Shown here piece by piece: positions 13,239 to 26,097 of a stretch of DNA of 64,000 bases (the first letter of the stretch is position 1; every line of letters begins with the position of its first letter). The DNA comes from Paraphysomonas bandaiensis (taxonomy: Eukaryota; Protista; Chrysophyceae). The notes below the pieces were generated by a model. That model did not search any database. It had not been told where the DNA came from and was given only the letters and a program-made list of their open reading frames with translations. The stretch covers positions 1-64,000 of the forward strand of contig CBFFRP010000196.1 of the NCBI GenBank assembly GCA_965644295.1, written 5' to 3'. The position numbers were made by a program, and so were the translations under genes.

Positions 13239-14181
13239 AATAGGCAGCTAATATGGTCCAATATGTGGCTGTATGGTAGCTTCTATATAGCTAATACGGT
13301 AGCTTCTATATGGCAGTTATGGTAGAGGTGTATACTCTTTCCTCTGTAAGTTGATACGTGTATGTTAGAATAGATAATAACAGAGAGGTTTACACCATAA
13401 GTAAGTTGTATAATAGCCTCAGTGTGGATAGTTGGGTGTAATCTTATAAGGATATAGACAGGCCGATCATAGGCGATATCTCAGTAGTTAGAAAGCAAGA
13501 ATGAACAAGGGTAGGATTGATAATGAGATTGTATAGAATATATTACCCTTTATGTGTTTAAATATATGATTGTTATGTAGATTATGTGTATTGATGGAGT
13601 TGTTGGTTAATGTCTGACTATAACAGTGATACATACATATGTGTGTGTGTGTAGCTATATATACACTGCTGTCAGGTATTCGTTATATAGTGTACGAAGT
13701 TGAGATTTAGGTGTTTAATAGAACAATTCTCTAAAAAACCCATATATTAGTGGTAGGAATTCTATAATATAATGATTTTTTCTCAAAAAAGTTGTATTTA
13801 TTATATCTAAAAAAAAAAAGAGATCAAGTTACTAGAAGAGAACATATGCATCTTATTTTTCGGGAATTTATTGAAGCAAGTATTATCTACATTACTACAA
13901 TACAACTACGTATGGAATACAGAGAATTGCTGTCTCAATATATGAGGCATTTTTGAAACAAAAGGATGCCGATGAAGTTACATTGAACAGTCGTCATATT
14001 AATGTTCACTTCATAATGTTTTCATATGTAAAAATCAGTAAAAAATTTATATGAAGTGTAATATGAAAGTATGAAGTGATATGAAGTTCAAGTGTCCCTT
14101 CAAGAATGATCTTGTAGAGCATATTCCCTATACACAGAGTTACTTGAAATCTCCATACCCAAACGCCGTCTATATTAACAT

Positions 14182-15960
14182 ATGACAGAGACTGTACCTA
14201 TACCTCATACGTGGATTCTCCCTCTAATAATAGTATCGAGTATATTTATAGGTCCTCTCATTCTATATACTCTCTACATCATTCTACGATATATATACCA
14301 ACAATTCACTCGTATCCCATATGGACTCTTCTCTTGGCATCCACCTATCACACTAATCCGTCCTACATCCATGCCAGAATCATCTTATATCTATAAAAAC
14401 TATATGGTTATAATTAATGGACTCAATTCATGGTGTGAATACACTGTATATTGGCCATATACAGAAGAATGTTGGATTGAATTCACATACGCTTCAATGG
14501 AAAGACGTCCAATAAATCTCCTACTTAACCATAAGTTATATGGACATGTATGTGAATGTATAGGAACTGGATGGGGTTGGAATACATTAACTACAGAATT
14601 TATAGTCAATCGCTATGGACCATATCGTATATCCCCCTACGGTATTACTACTATACGATTAGAGTCAACTGGGACACATTTTCCTCATATTAAACACATC
14701 AAACTCTATCCATACCATAAATACATACATAAACCCTTATTACTTCATGGTATAGTACATATACAAAATAAAGGTGATTGTAATGGACAATGGGATGATA
14801 TTAATGGATTATATCTTGGTTCTACAAGTGGTAATCTCATACTTGAAGGGTTTTCTATATGGCCAGTGGATCTTACTGAAAATGATGTGATTATAAAATA
14901 TCAAGCTGATTTAAATGGGAATATCAATACAGGTATACGTAAACAAAAAGATTTTTGTGGGAATCGTGGAACATATCGTCAAATTAAACGAAATATTCAT
15001 ACTATACGTATATGGTTAGAAGGATCACAATGCAATCGATATACTGTATGCTATCGAACCTTTTTACATGGTAATGTTGAGGTTTCTCAGTGGTGTAAAG
15101 ATGGAGAACCATGTCCAAATGAAAGTGACACTCATGTATTGGTAGGACTTCAGGTAAAGTTAATGGAAAGGGGTGATGTGGAGTCCGATTCGCCTGGACC
15201 TCCCGCTCGACCAAATGTCAAAGATAAAACTTCACAACGCAGCAATCGCACTAGACATAAACCAACTATAGTTAGTAGAAAGAAATCTCGTGTTGCATCT
15301 GCTTCTGATTCATCAGAAATTGTTATTGCAGAAAAGAAGGCTTCAACCGAAGCTACTGTCGAGGCACGTATGCGTTGGCTGGTTGGGTTATTAAGGAAGG
15401 GAGAAATTAGCAAGCAGTTCTGTGTGCTAAACAGCAATGCACTCTATGCTGGGCGGCCTCTCCTGATACCGCTTAAAGTTACTACCTACCTGGAGAACAA
15501 CGGTGAATGTATATTTCTTGAGAGCGCTATTGCTGGCGCTGCAGAAGGGTCTGAGCGCCTTGAAGGGTTCAGCCTCTGTCCCATTTTCCCACCCGGCACA
15601 CGGGTCCGTATTAAGTATAGCGCTATTCTACAAGGAGGCCTCAGGACGGGTGTAGCTAAGCAAGAAGAGTTCTGTGGCTGTCGCGGCGATCAAGTGAAAG
15701 AGGGGTATATTGTTGGGTGGAGAGAGATACATGGAGTTAGAATATGGCTAGATGGAGAGGATTCAGAGCAGTACACTGTGCATTACCGGTGTTTTTTGTG
15801 GGGTGTAAATGGCGGTTCCGAGTGGCGCAAAGACGGTGAATTTTGCCCGAATAAGGGCAGCCAGCTGATGATAATCGGGTTACAAGTTATGATAGAGGAG
15901 AATCCTCTTCGTGTACCACAAGGAAATACAGGTGTGGATGATATAAATGTAGACACATGA
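14182..15960 (+). CDS. Membrane-anchored protein: N-terminal TM, CBM6/35-like jelly-roll and two hydrophobic-W (ChW-like) modules
   Basis: Intronless 592-aa ORF. TM at about aa 11-36. WCEYTV...YAS...RP...TGWGW...TIRLES...PHI pattern. Internal duplication LEGFS...IKY...FCGxRG...RIWL.G...YTV.YR.FL.G...W.KDGE.CPN...GLQV. Confidence 0.8.
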   Translation: MTETVPIPHTWILPLIIVSSIFIGPLILYTLYIILRYIYQQFTRIPYGLFSWHPPITLIRPTSMPESSYIYKNYMVIINGLNSWCEYTVYWPYTEECWIEFTYASMERRPINLLLNHKLYGHVCECIGTGWGWNTLTTEFIVNRYGPYRISPYGITTIRLESTGTHFPHIKHIKLYPYHKYIHKPLLLHGIVHIQNKGDCNGQWDDINGLYLGSTSGNLILEGFSIWPVDLTENDVIIKYQADLNGNINTGIRKQKDFCGNRGTYRQIKRNIHTIRIWLEGSQCNRYTVCYRTFLHGNVEVSQWCKDGEPCPNESDTHVLVGLQVKLMERGDVESDSPGPPARPNVKDKTSQRSNRTRHKPTIVSRKKSRVASASDSSEIVIAEKKASTEATVEARMRWLVGLLRKGEISKQFCVLNSNALYAGRPLLIPLKVTTYLENNGECIFLESAIAGAAEGSERLEGFSLCPIFPPGTRVRIKYSAILQGGLRTGVAKQEEFCGCRGDQVKEGYIVGWREIHGVRIWLDGEDSEQYTVHYRCFLWGVNGGSEWRKDGEFCPNKGSQLMIIGLQVMIEENPLRVPQGNTGVDDINVDT

Positions 15961-16099
15961 AGTATAGAGGTTTTGTGTTTGTGTCGTAAAACTTGTATAA
16001 AGTAATAGTTATAAATAATCGGACTGTTGTATCTACGTACTAGTACTGCTTTTTTCAACTAAAACAACTATCATTTCAATTTTTATAGTTGACAAGTTA

Positions 16100-16370
16100 C
16101 AGCTCATAACTTATATATTATTAGGATTCATCTTAATATAAGATAGCATATATGTGAAATAAAATGCTCAATGAAATATATCATGAACTGTTGAAGATAC
16201 TTGATCGTCATCACAACTATAGTCATTGTCAGTTATACTTCTAACTATTCCGTTGTGTGTGATAGTTATGTTCTGCATTATTATTCACTTTTCTACATTC
16301 TTACTGTGTTCATCACTTTACGCTCTAATAATTACAACATTCTTCATACTATTACTAAGCTTAAATATGC
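16100..16370 (+). repeat. Interspersed repeat family R2 copy
   Basis: Reverse-complement matches at 24250..24495 and two tandem copies at 62080..62612 (gatagttatgttctgcattattatt, tgtgttcatcac..tac.ctctaataat). Confidence 0.85.
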
Positions 16371-16559
16371 ATTTATATAATATAGTATATAGTGAGTATA
16401 ATATGTACCCAACTTGCATAAAAGGCGCTGTTGTGTAAGACATAATATTCTAGTTGGGCTACGGGAATCATCTGTATGACATTGTGACTATATGATAATA
16501 TTGATCACTAGAAATTAAGATGTCTAGAGTCTGTAGTACATAGTCGCTATATCGGAACG

Positions 16560-16912
16560 AGTTTTTAACGCCTATTGCTAAATAAAAAGACATTCAATAT
16601 ATATGTAGTACATAGTAAGTTTATATCCCCGGTATATAGTCAGCAGATATTGTTCTGCCCACTCACAGCCGAATGCTTGTGTGGTACAAGGGACACCAAT
16701 AAGTAAGTGTCACTTGTGTAGACGTCTTTGGGCCCTGACGAATAAACAGGCATCCGGGATAGGGTCCACCAGAAGGGTAACCGGGGTATTGGGCTGCCTG
16801 TTGAAGTTAAGCATCCGGAATGTTCACCTTAAGAATTTAAAAAACCTGAAGTCAGCAGATGTCAGGATATATCAACACTCTGCTTGCTCACTGCGTTTGC
16901 TTTGAGTGATTG
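16560..16912 (+). repeat. Interspersed repeat family R1 copy (truncated)
   Basis: Block identity with 8205..8712 and 61035..61760. Confidence 0.85.
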
Positions 16913-18041
16913 ATGCTGAGTATGAGATCACATTATTCGGTATCTGTGTGGCCAATGGCCGAGGTAATGCGTCAAACTTTCCTCATGGATACATGACAAT
17001 GGCAATATGATGTGATTAGACCTGTCATGTCTTCTCACACGTCTACTGCCTAGTCTTGGTTTCTCTTGACCCAGGTCATTGAGATTATATAAAGGCTCTG
17101 GCACTTTTCTCCAAGCAGTGTCAGGTACATTTGTGGTGCTTTTATGTTATTCTTGCTTAGTAGGTTTTCATCCGAGCGGGGAAGAGTGCAAGGTGAATGC
17201 ATGTGCTGGACGAGTGCACTCAATGGAGGGAAGACATTGGACTCAGCTTGAATTTGTAACAGATTTTGGTAGATTAGTCTGTTTTATGCGTCGGCGTGCA
17301 TAATTGCACCAGGCGAGACCTCTTCGTGATCGTGGGAGGACTCGGCGCTAGAGCTACTCTATTCTCCCCTCTAGAGTACCTGCTGCTGTGAACACCACCT
17401 TGAAGATGGCCCTAAAGATCTGCCGCGTATACAGGAGATATATGCCGAAGACACCGACCGCAAGTTGTTTGTGTTAGGACATGTAGATTGGGCAGGAGCG
17501 TATGATCCGGCTTAAACACTCAACTCGTCGAATGTCCATCTCGCAACTAAATCGTGTTGTATAGTTGAGCACTTGTCGGTGCATGCAACAGTAACTAGAT
17601 GAGAGTCCTGTTAAATTATGCTTAGTGTCGCGCGAGTTGTTAGGTTGGTAACGCACAAGCTTGTGCTTCTTAAAAATCAGACATTCGATGTATCCCCGGT
17701 AAAACTACCACCCAGTATGTGCAGTAAATATTATACGCCCTGGCCTTTGCTTATCTCCTATGAACACTCCTCTGACAAAGTTCAGTACTTAAGCATCATT
17801 ACACTACAACATGTGCAATATCTTTATACAACTTCATTGTGTAATATTGTGACGGCTATAGCTACTCTATTTCTTACAATATTTTAATGTTTAGGTGGCA
17901 GCGACGTCATCCCTGCTGTGAGAAAAATACGATACGATAACGGCCTAATAACTAATAACTATAGCTAATCTAAATTCGTCATACGTACAGTTCTTTCACA
18001 ATGAATTATTACAAAAAATCTACACAGATACAAAAAAAATA

Positions 18042-21000
18042 TTATCCATTCGTGGGATCTTCGTAAGTAGAGTCGCCAGTAAAGTTGTTATACCAATACG
18101 GATAATTATTGTCATCATAATAGACAGTCCATTCTTCTGTTGAGGCTTCATAACCTTCAACAGCATATTCTTCCCCGTAACTCGCACCACTATCCTCTGT
18201 ATACGCATATTCCTGTACTCCAGCTTCTTGTTGGTGGTCATCATAGCCAGCCTCGGCACCGTATTCATCGTATTGTGCATAGTCTATATGAGCAATACTA
18301 TTATCCCTTATACAATACACAATATTAATTTTAACACCTTCTTCCGCCCATTCCGTCTGTGCTGGAGGAGCAGCAGCAGCCATATCAGCTTCATATCGAG
18401 TTTGAGAATAAGATGCATCATAATTATGAACCTGTAAACAATGAGTACGATAACTGTGTTCACAACGTTACATACCTGTTCGCCGTCAATCGTAAATATT
18501 CTACTATCCACATGCCCATCCTCCAATACTTGTGAAAAGGGATGATACCGACGCTTGCCTTTTGAATGGACTTTTCTCCAACACGCATCACAGTAAGCCT
18601 CATCACAGGATATACACCATCGCTCAGCAAGGGCCTCTTCGCATTCCGTGCAGTCCAGAGGGCCAATAGCTTCGTACGTATGCTGTTTCCGACTGCCAGA
18701 AGCGTGTGTCTCTTTGTAGCACTTGGTACAAAAGCCATCTCCGCACTCATTGCACTGACGGATCGCTACACGTGTTACGCATTCAACGCACAAGTGTTCT
18801 TGTCCCGCCAAGCGCTTTCCTTTTCCACTGGTATCGGGTGGGTCTACTATTTTACCATTCTCTAACACTAACTGGCCGTCACTCTTGGTGTATCCTACTG
18901 CTGGGGGCTCCCATAGAGCCTCTCCAGTGGAATCATTCATATAAAACCACGTGCCAGAATCTTCCGCCCACATTTCTTTCCACATCTGAGCATTCGTAAT
19001 CCATCTTATCGTTCGATCACTATCCAACTTCTGGAAGCGTAGACGGGCTAAGAATACACGCACCATACACTGGAGAACCACAGCTGATGCATTCTGCAGA
19101 GCAACGAACTTGTTATGCTCTTCCATGTAATATCGAAACATGATTCTAGCTCGAAACCCGCGATATACAGCCTGAATGGCCGTGGCGTAGCGATTACGCT
19201 CTGATCGATATTCTTCAATTTCTTTGCGTCTGTGGTGAATATTCATGCGAGCAACGGCACCTCTAATTCTTGCTTGAATTTTGATTGCAGCTGCAGCTTC
19301 CAACTTGTCCTGGAGTATTTTTCCAACTCGCATACGTCCAATATATCCCCTTGCGAGTGCCTGGATCTTAATGATAACTCTATTCTTCAGCTGCAGGAGT
19401 TTCACGTCTCGAGCAATTCTCCTTCCCTTAATACCACGAGCAAATGCCTGAATGAGCACTGCAGCGCTCTCCTTGTCTCGGTACAATCTAATCCGTCTAG
19501 CACGGCGTCGTCCCAAATGCCCTCTTACCACACGTTGCATAGTTAGTGTACTGCTTTCTTCAAGCTTGTCGCGTTTGTATTTCAGATACCTCCAGTGGTG
19601 AATCTTGCACCTAAACATAGACTGTATCTTCACTAATGCGGCATGCAATTTCAAAAATTTGTTCCCTTCAGCCGCCTTGCGCGCCTTCTCACGACCGATA
19701 TTTCCACGGACAATTCGCTGAATCGTGACCGCAGCTGCCATCTTAGCTTCCATCTCTACTCGCAGCTTCTCAGAAACTGAAAATTTCACCCATTCCATGA
19801 AATTGTATCGCAGAACACCCAGAACAAGATTTCCAAGAAGTACGGCGATACGCCTGAGGCGCTGAAAATGCCGGTACACCGCAGCTTTTACCTTCAATGT
19901 ATCATTTCGTATCGAGAGCAACCACGCGTCCCAACCACGACGCAGCTCCCTATGTCCCACCCGAGTAATGACGACGCACAACTGATCTGCTGCCATCATC
20001 GTAATAAAAGTTCTGGCACGAGGATTGGAAAGTGCAACAAGCTCCTGCACATTCACTATGCCCTGCTTCACCTACAACCCCATTACATTAGTTCATGCTT
20101 CCATAGCTGGTACAAGCAACTGCATGTGTGATGAGTAATATGAATGCATCAGTCTTACCTGCGTAGTGTGTTTCTGCATGTTGTCAATGGACTTCATTAA
20201 TTCCATCCGTAACCCATCTGCAGAATTCGGATCAATTTTCGGCCCTGTATCCCCCCAAGCCTGCCGCCTGTGAGCACGCTTCTTAGATTTACTAGGCGTA
20301 CTCTTTAAGGTTCCTGAACGACCCATTATTGTGGATCCCCACCCTTGCTTGTCTCGAGTCGACCCTTCAAACATTGATTGGTTGTAGTCCATGGACTTCG
20401 TCTGCGGCGCGCTTTTCAACGAATGCAAGCTCTGTGTCCTATTCATCTTAATTGGAGGGAACATGGGGGTACTCGCGGCAGACTGCAATGATGGGGCTGG
20501 TCGTTGGGTGGTACTCGAAGACTGCACCTGTCTCGACTCGGTGTAAGTATTATCAAAAGAGTCGAACTCCCCCTCTCCAAAACCAATAGCAGGCCGCAAT
20601 GAGGCAAACACGGATATAGGAGCAAAATCTTCTTCTACAGTCATCCCTGTCTCATAATCATATGCTCTGAGGATATTCTCCGAATTAAACATAATCTCGT
20701 CCATCTGATCATCTGTGATGTCAAAATAGCTCTGAATAAAAGCACGGCTGTAGTTGTCTAATTCACCCATATTCATCGACATCGTTCGTTCCATGAAAGA
20801 AGGCATGGAAGATAGGGTGTGATTCATAGTATCATGATTTACTGCTGATGATTCAGTGTCACCTAATTTCATATCTGGAGACATCGTAGAGGACATAGTG
20901 CGCACTAGCGGAAGATTGATAACTGGAAGCTGAATCGGGCCTTGCATTCTCAATTTCACATTGAACGCAAAGTCCCCATTTGATGCAAGAATAGGAAGGG

Positions 21001-21418
21001 AATCTAAACCTGTTTTGACAGTCCCAGTAGACTCTTGATTAAGAGTGGTAGACTTCTTTAATGATCGAGATGGAGATGAATGAACAGATGAAGTCTGCAA
21101 CTGTTTCTTTCGCATTAATGATGTCTTTCCTGGTTTCCTTTTCATTCCAATAGATGTTCCATATGTATGTGATAACCCTACTTTCGATTCATAATCAGCT
21201 AATGTCTCCTTCCATACACCCATATCTTTAGAGCTAATAGATGGTCCTAACTGTACTAATTCATTCACAATCTCTGATCTTGTACGTTCTAATTCATGTA
21301 ATAATTGTTTTTCACGTTTTGATAAATGTTTTATTCCATATGAAGGATTATTATCATCATCTTGTTGTCCATGAATTGATTTTGATGTAAGGAGTTTACT
21401 ACCAAACACTATGGACAT
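18042..21418 (-). CDS. IQ-motif, WW-domain and tandem B-box zinc-finger protein (multi-exon)
   Basis: ORFs 20093..21418, 18308..20071 and 18042..18383 are linked by GT-AG introns. About 8 IQxxxRGxxxR motifs, WW (WKEMWAEDSGTWFYMNDSTGEALWEPP), two B-boxes (CVEC...CNEC...CTKC...H, CTEC...CISC...CDAC...H) and a C-terminal WW (WTVYYDDNNYPYWYNNFTGDSTYEDP). Confidence 0.88.
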
Positions 21419-22004
21419 AATTACGTGATTCTACCTGTATCGAATTAACTATAAGATAGAAGAGATTGTGATAAGAAGACCATCAAATCCTTTAATAGAT
21501 TTGTAGGTACGTGTTGATCATAGAGTTCATAAGGTTCATGTAGTAGATAATGACTGCTATATTAACAGGTATATATATATGGATGTATAGTACTTAAGAC
21601 ACGTAGAGAGAACGCCTTCTCTCTCTCTCTATGTATGTATATAGACATCTAGACATTCACATACGTGAAGTCGAAGAATGAAACTGATGACGAACCAATC
21701 TTACCAATCATATTCATCCATAACTATATTTTATTATTTTATTGGCTATTATTTATCTACTTACATCTATGAGAAATCTCAAAAACCCTTTATTTTATAC
21801 ACACCAATTCTAAAACAATTGATATATAGCATATACACATCTAAATCCTTGAAATTATGAAATAAAATCATGGATTTTTAATAATTATAATGATAATAAT
21901 GATTAACATCCCTTTAAAATGGGTATATATATGAAGATTACAGTCATATATATACATACATTCACTTAATATCCATATATATACACTCAAGACTATTATA
22001 TTCA

Positions 22005-24013
22005 ATGGATCAACTAATTTGTCCTTTATGTAACAGGTAACTATCATCTTTTTATTCAGATAATAGATATATATAATCATATATACAGAGATTATGAACT
22101 ACCACGTAGATATTTTATAAGACCAGATGATATTGATTATCTACCTGTACCACGTGTATTAAATTGTCTTCATACATGTTGTCAATCATGTTTAGAAGAT
22201 ATCTGGCAAAAAAATACATTAAAAGAAGTTACATGCCCACTATGTAGACATAAACAGTGTATACAAGGAGTTAGATATATGCCACTTGATGGGACTGCAT
22301 TATCACAATTAATTCCACTTGATGGTTCATCACTTTCATTTTGTTCAAGATGTCATGATGAAGTTCCATCATTTTCTTGGTGTGGAGTATGTGCTACTAC
22401 TCTATGTGAATTTCACCATCAAGATCATAAGCTCAGTATCAACACTTCACGCCATGAAGTGCTTACATTTAAAGACATTACTCGTAAGAATGTTCGTTTG
22501 GAGCCTTTAATGCCACCTATATCATGTCCAGAAGAATTGGAACAAGATGCGACAATGTACTGTCATGACTGCAGCTGCCTGTTGTCTGCGCAGGTACCTG
22601 CGTTCACATCTGATCACATCCTTGCTGATGAAATATACAGGCCGTGCTTTCAAATCACGTCGACCATGATTGTGCTGATGCAAGGACTTTGTTTGACTGG
22701 GCACAAAATAATGCCCGCGATAATGTCAGCCTTTGCAGAGAACGAGAGAGTGGACTCGTCAATGCGATGAAGACTGTTCGAAACAGCATGCGGGAACTGC
22801 ACTCGGAACGAGAGGTCAGTAGAGTAGCGTATTGTATTGTTTTGCTAAATATATACTTTCAGGCTGCAGAGAAGGACCTTAGAACGGTATTTGGTGCGGT
22901 GCGAGAGCACCTGGATGCCCGCGAAAAATCTCTTCTTCGTCGCCTGGATGAAATTGCCAATCGTAAAAAGGTTGTCTTGTCAGGGCAGCTCGACGAGATG
23001 TCTGTGGCATTGGACAATCTGAGACATGCTATAAGCGTCACTGAAACATTGCTGGACAGTACTGGCGATGTTAAAGGAGGTCCCGCGTATGTTCTTTCCA
23101 GCTCTAAGACAATATCTGCACGCTGCGAGGAGATTGACGAGGACATTCTCAATATACCATTTGAGCCTCAAGCCGATCCAGTTATTCGTGCCACCTTTGT
23201 TGAGCGGGAAATAAAACTGCTAGACACTGTGTTGAATTCATTGGGTGGTCTGCTCACCAGAGATAATATTCCTGAAGCAGAATTTACTCTGAGAGAATCA
23301 CAGAAGAAGTCGACCACTGATATCAGGCAGCAGGAGACACCGGAGATATCCGGAGCGGAGGAAGTAGCAGATTCGAAAACTACTGATGAGGAAGATCTTT
23401 CTTCCAAAGCAACAGTATATGCGCAGGAGAAGGTAAACGGTTTATCCACTCAATCGTGGAAAATCAACAGTAATAAGGGACTGTTTAAGTTGTCCTTCAC
23501 TGTCAAGACCGGGTAAGTTGACTTCTTTAGTTGTTTTTATCTGATACACGTATTATTAGACAACCTCCAAAGCTCTCTGTCCACAATAAAATGGCAGCGT
23601 CTAGAGAGTCGGTCGTAGTTGAAGCCCGAATAAAGTATTTGGATGAGTCTCCAGATTGCAAAGCATGCAAACTCGATGAGAAGAATAGTGGTGAGTATAG
23701 TTTCGAGGACGAGAAGTATGTAGATATTCCAGAAACACCAGACGAATGTGCGACGAGTTCTGGCACGCAACTAATGCAGAGTGTACCCAGTAAACACTCC
23801 GTAGAAGAAATGTTAGGTGACGTAGTCGGTCAGGTGGTGTTTCTAACAGAGGTGGACAAGCGTATTTTAAAACGTCACTTGGTTCGAAGGTCCGTCTCTT
23901 TTGAAGTATTCATTCGTTTTTGACTGTTTTTATTTAGCAATTATGAATCTTTCCTGACTGAAGAAGAGACACTACCGACCTTACGCGTGACAAGAGAAAT
24001 AATATGCAATTAG
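22005..24013 (+). CDS. RING / B-box / coiled-coil (TRIM/RBCC-like) E3 ligase, multi-exon
   Basis: ATG 22005 MDQLICPLCN, intron, then PRVLNCLHTCCQSCL...TCPLCR (RING). B-box CSRC...CGVCATTLCEFHHQDH, a second B-box-like CPEE...YCHDC...HVDH, then a BBC-type coiled coil (FGAVREHLDAREKSLLRRLDEI). The last exon ends at TAG 24011-24013. Confidence 0.8.
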
Positions 24014-24249
24014 TTGCATTAATATTGTCGCGTTTTTTCTCTTGTAATTAATTTGTATTATATTTTAAGTTACCTATATTTTCAATGACGTATTATCTTC
24101 ATATTAGTTGCACCATTCAGCTTAGTAATATTATTATAATAAATTCGTCGTTTACTTAGTTTTAACGTGGTCAATAACACATATACTATATTATCCCATG
24201 ATGCCTCATAGGGAGGTAAAATAATACCAATTTTATTCGTTTTAAATGC

Positions 24250-24495
24250 AGATGTAAGCGTGGAATGTTGTGATCATTAGAATGTAAAGTGATGAACACA
24301 GTAACGTAAGAAAGTGAATAATGATGCAGAAATAACTATCACGTGCAATGGTATAATTAGATATGTAACTGACAATGACGAGCATTATGATGACATCAAG
24401 TACTTCAACAGATACTATCCTCAATTCAGTTTTTGCTATATTTCATTCAACAATATATTTCACCTATACTATCTTATATTAAGATAAATCCTAAT
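24250..24495 (-). repeat. Interspersed repeat family R2 copy
   Basis: Inverted match to 16100..16370. Confidence 0.8.
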
Positions 24496-24909
24496 GTTTT
24501 AGATCACATTTTAGTAAGTGAAAGGAAATATGATTGCAACACTATCATCTGAGAAAATTATTGATATTATTACTAACCTTAAATATTACGTCAGTAATGA
24601 GTGACACTCTAGTTGGAGTAATTACACGCCGGCAAATGCGTAACTAGTATACGCTTACTAAACTTATCCAAAGCATATATCGCCACGCAAGCCCAACTAT
24701 TTCAGCTCGAGTAAGATATTTAATTCCAACCTAATACGAGAGCAAACTGTGATACTCTGACTTAATCATTTTAACAATTTATATGTGTGCTGTTGATCTG
24801 TTGATAGAACTTTAATCCCCGCTAACAGAAATATAGGCAATTATCAATAATAAATCATCAGTGCAAACTCTCTCAGTATCATAACAAGTAGCCTCCATTC
24901 TCCTGTTAA

Positions 24910-26097
24910 TTAAACAGACGGTTCCCTACTCTTACGTCGCCCACCATCTCTGTGCCCACTTTCCCTGCGGCCACCTTCCCTATGCGTACTTTCTCTGCGA
25001 CCACCTTCCTTGAGCCCACTTTCCCTGTTCTTCTTTTTCTTCTTCTCACCAGGAGTCTTATGTGTCTTCGTGCGCTCAGCTGGTCGCGCCCTTGAATCAT
25101 ACCCACTATCCGCTCCAAGATGAACATCGTCCATATTAGAGCGCAGTGCAATAGCCTTTTCTGTCCGAGCACCCTGGTCAACATATCGCTTGTCTGCTCG
25201 AGGTGCCTCGCTGTACTTAGCCCCACTACTGTGACGATGACCAGTCATGGGGCGAGAACCAGAAGCAGCAGGCACGCGGTGAGATTTTACAGGTTTCTGT
25301 GGTGCTTTACGCTCCGCTGATAGAATTCCCATTTTCTTGAACCTCTCGTGATCATCTGGGTCAACAGTTGGCATAAGGGCGTGCATGATAGACATACAAA
25401 ACGTAAGGCAGAAGCCTAATGCCACCAGCACAAAGCCTTGTCCATGTTTGTACTCCAGGTCATCTTCCAGGGGAAGCTGTTTGTGGCAATACTCCTTCCA
25501 TACAAACAAGGCGGATGCCAAACAAACGGCCGCAAGAGTTTCAGAGACATAGCCAAGCGACTTCAAAAGGGGTTCGTCGGCATGACTCAACATACGGGAT
25601 TTTAAAAGCATAATACTGGGCATACGGGTAACCGCAGCCAGCAGCACCATTCCCACAGCAGTGTTGCCCGCAGAGTTACAGTTGTCACAATAAGGATCGC
25701 TATCCGCATCGTTATAGCAAGCATCATCTTCCCAAAGAATATATGTATCAGCAAGTACACTACCCGTTTGACTTTGCCAAACAGCACCTGAAAGTCCAAC
25801 CCAAACTGTTGTAGGGATTGAATCATTGATATCACCTTCCCCTGTAGTCCATGCACCTACTTTAGTAAGAGTCTGTGAGGTCCCTATAGATAAACATGCA
25901 AATATTGTGCAGAATAATGAAAATAATGTAAGTAAATAACAAATATGAAGAATAGAATGACGTGAATCCCAACAAAATGGTAAACCACATTGTCCAATAC
26001 ATACACATATAAAGAATTCATTAATTGATCGTACAGCAGATGAACGAAACGATAAGGTAGCATTATGATCTTTTGCAATGACTGGACGAACTGGCAT
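24910..26097 (-). CDS. Four-TM claudin/amastin-like membrane protein with a basic C-terminal tail
   Basis: 395-aa ORF with four hydrophobic helices. The first loop carries a W...VGL...W...C...C..C pattern. The tail has EGGRRES repeats. Confidence 0.65.
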   Translation of the reverse strand: MPVRPVIAKDHNATLSFRSSAVRSINEFFICVCIGQCGLPFCWDSRHSILHICYLLTLFSLFCTIFACLSIGTSQTLTKVGAWTTGEGDINDSIPTTVWVGLSGAVWQSQTGSVLADTYILWEDDACYNDADSDPYCDNCNSAGNTAVGMVLLAAVTRMPSIMLLKSRMLSHADEPLLKSLGYVSETLAAVCLASALFVWKEYCHKQLPLEDDLEYKHGQGFVLVALGFCLTFCMSIMHALMPTVDPDDHERFKKMGILSAERKAPQKPVKSHRVPAASGSRPMTGHRHSSGAKYSEAPRADKRYVDQGARTEKAIALRSNMDDVHLGADSGYDSRARPAERTKTHKTPGEKKKKKNRESGLKEGGRRESTHREGGRRESGHRDGGRRKSREPSV

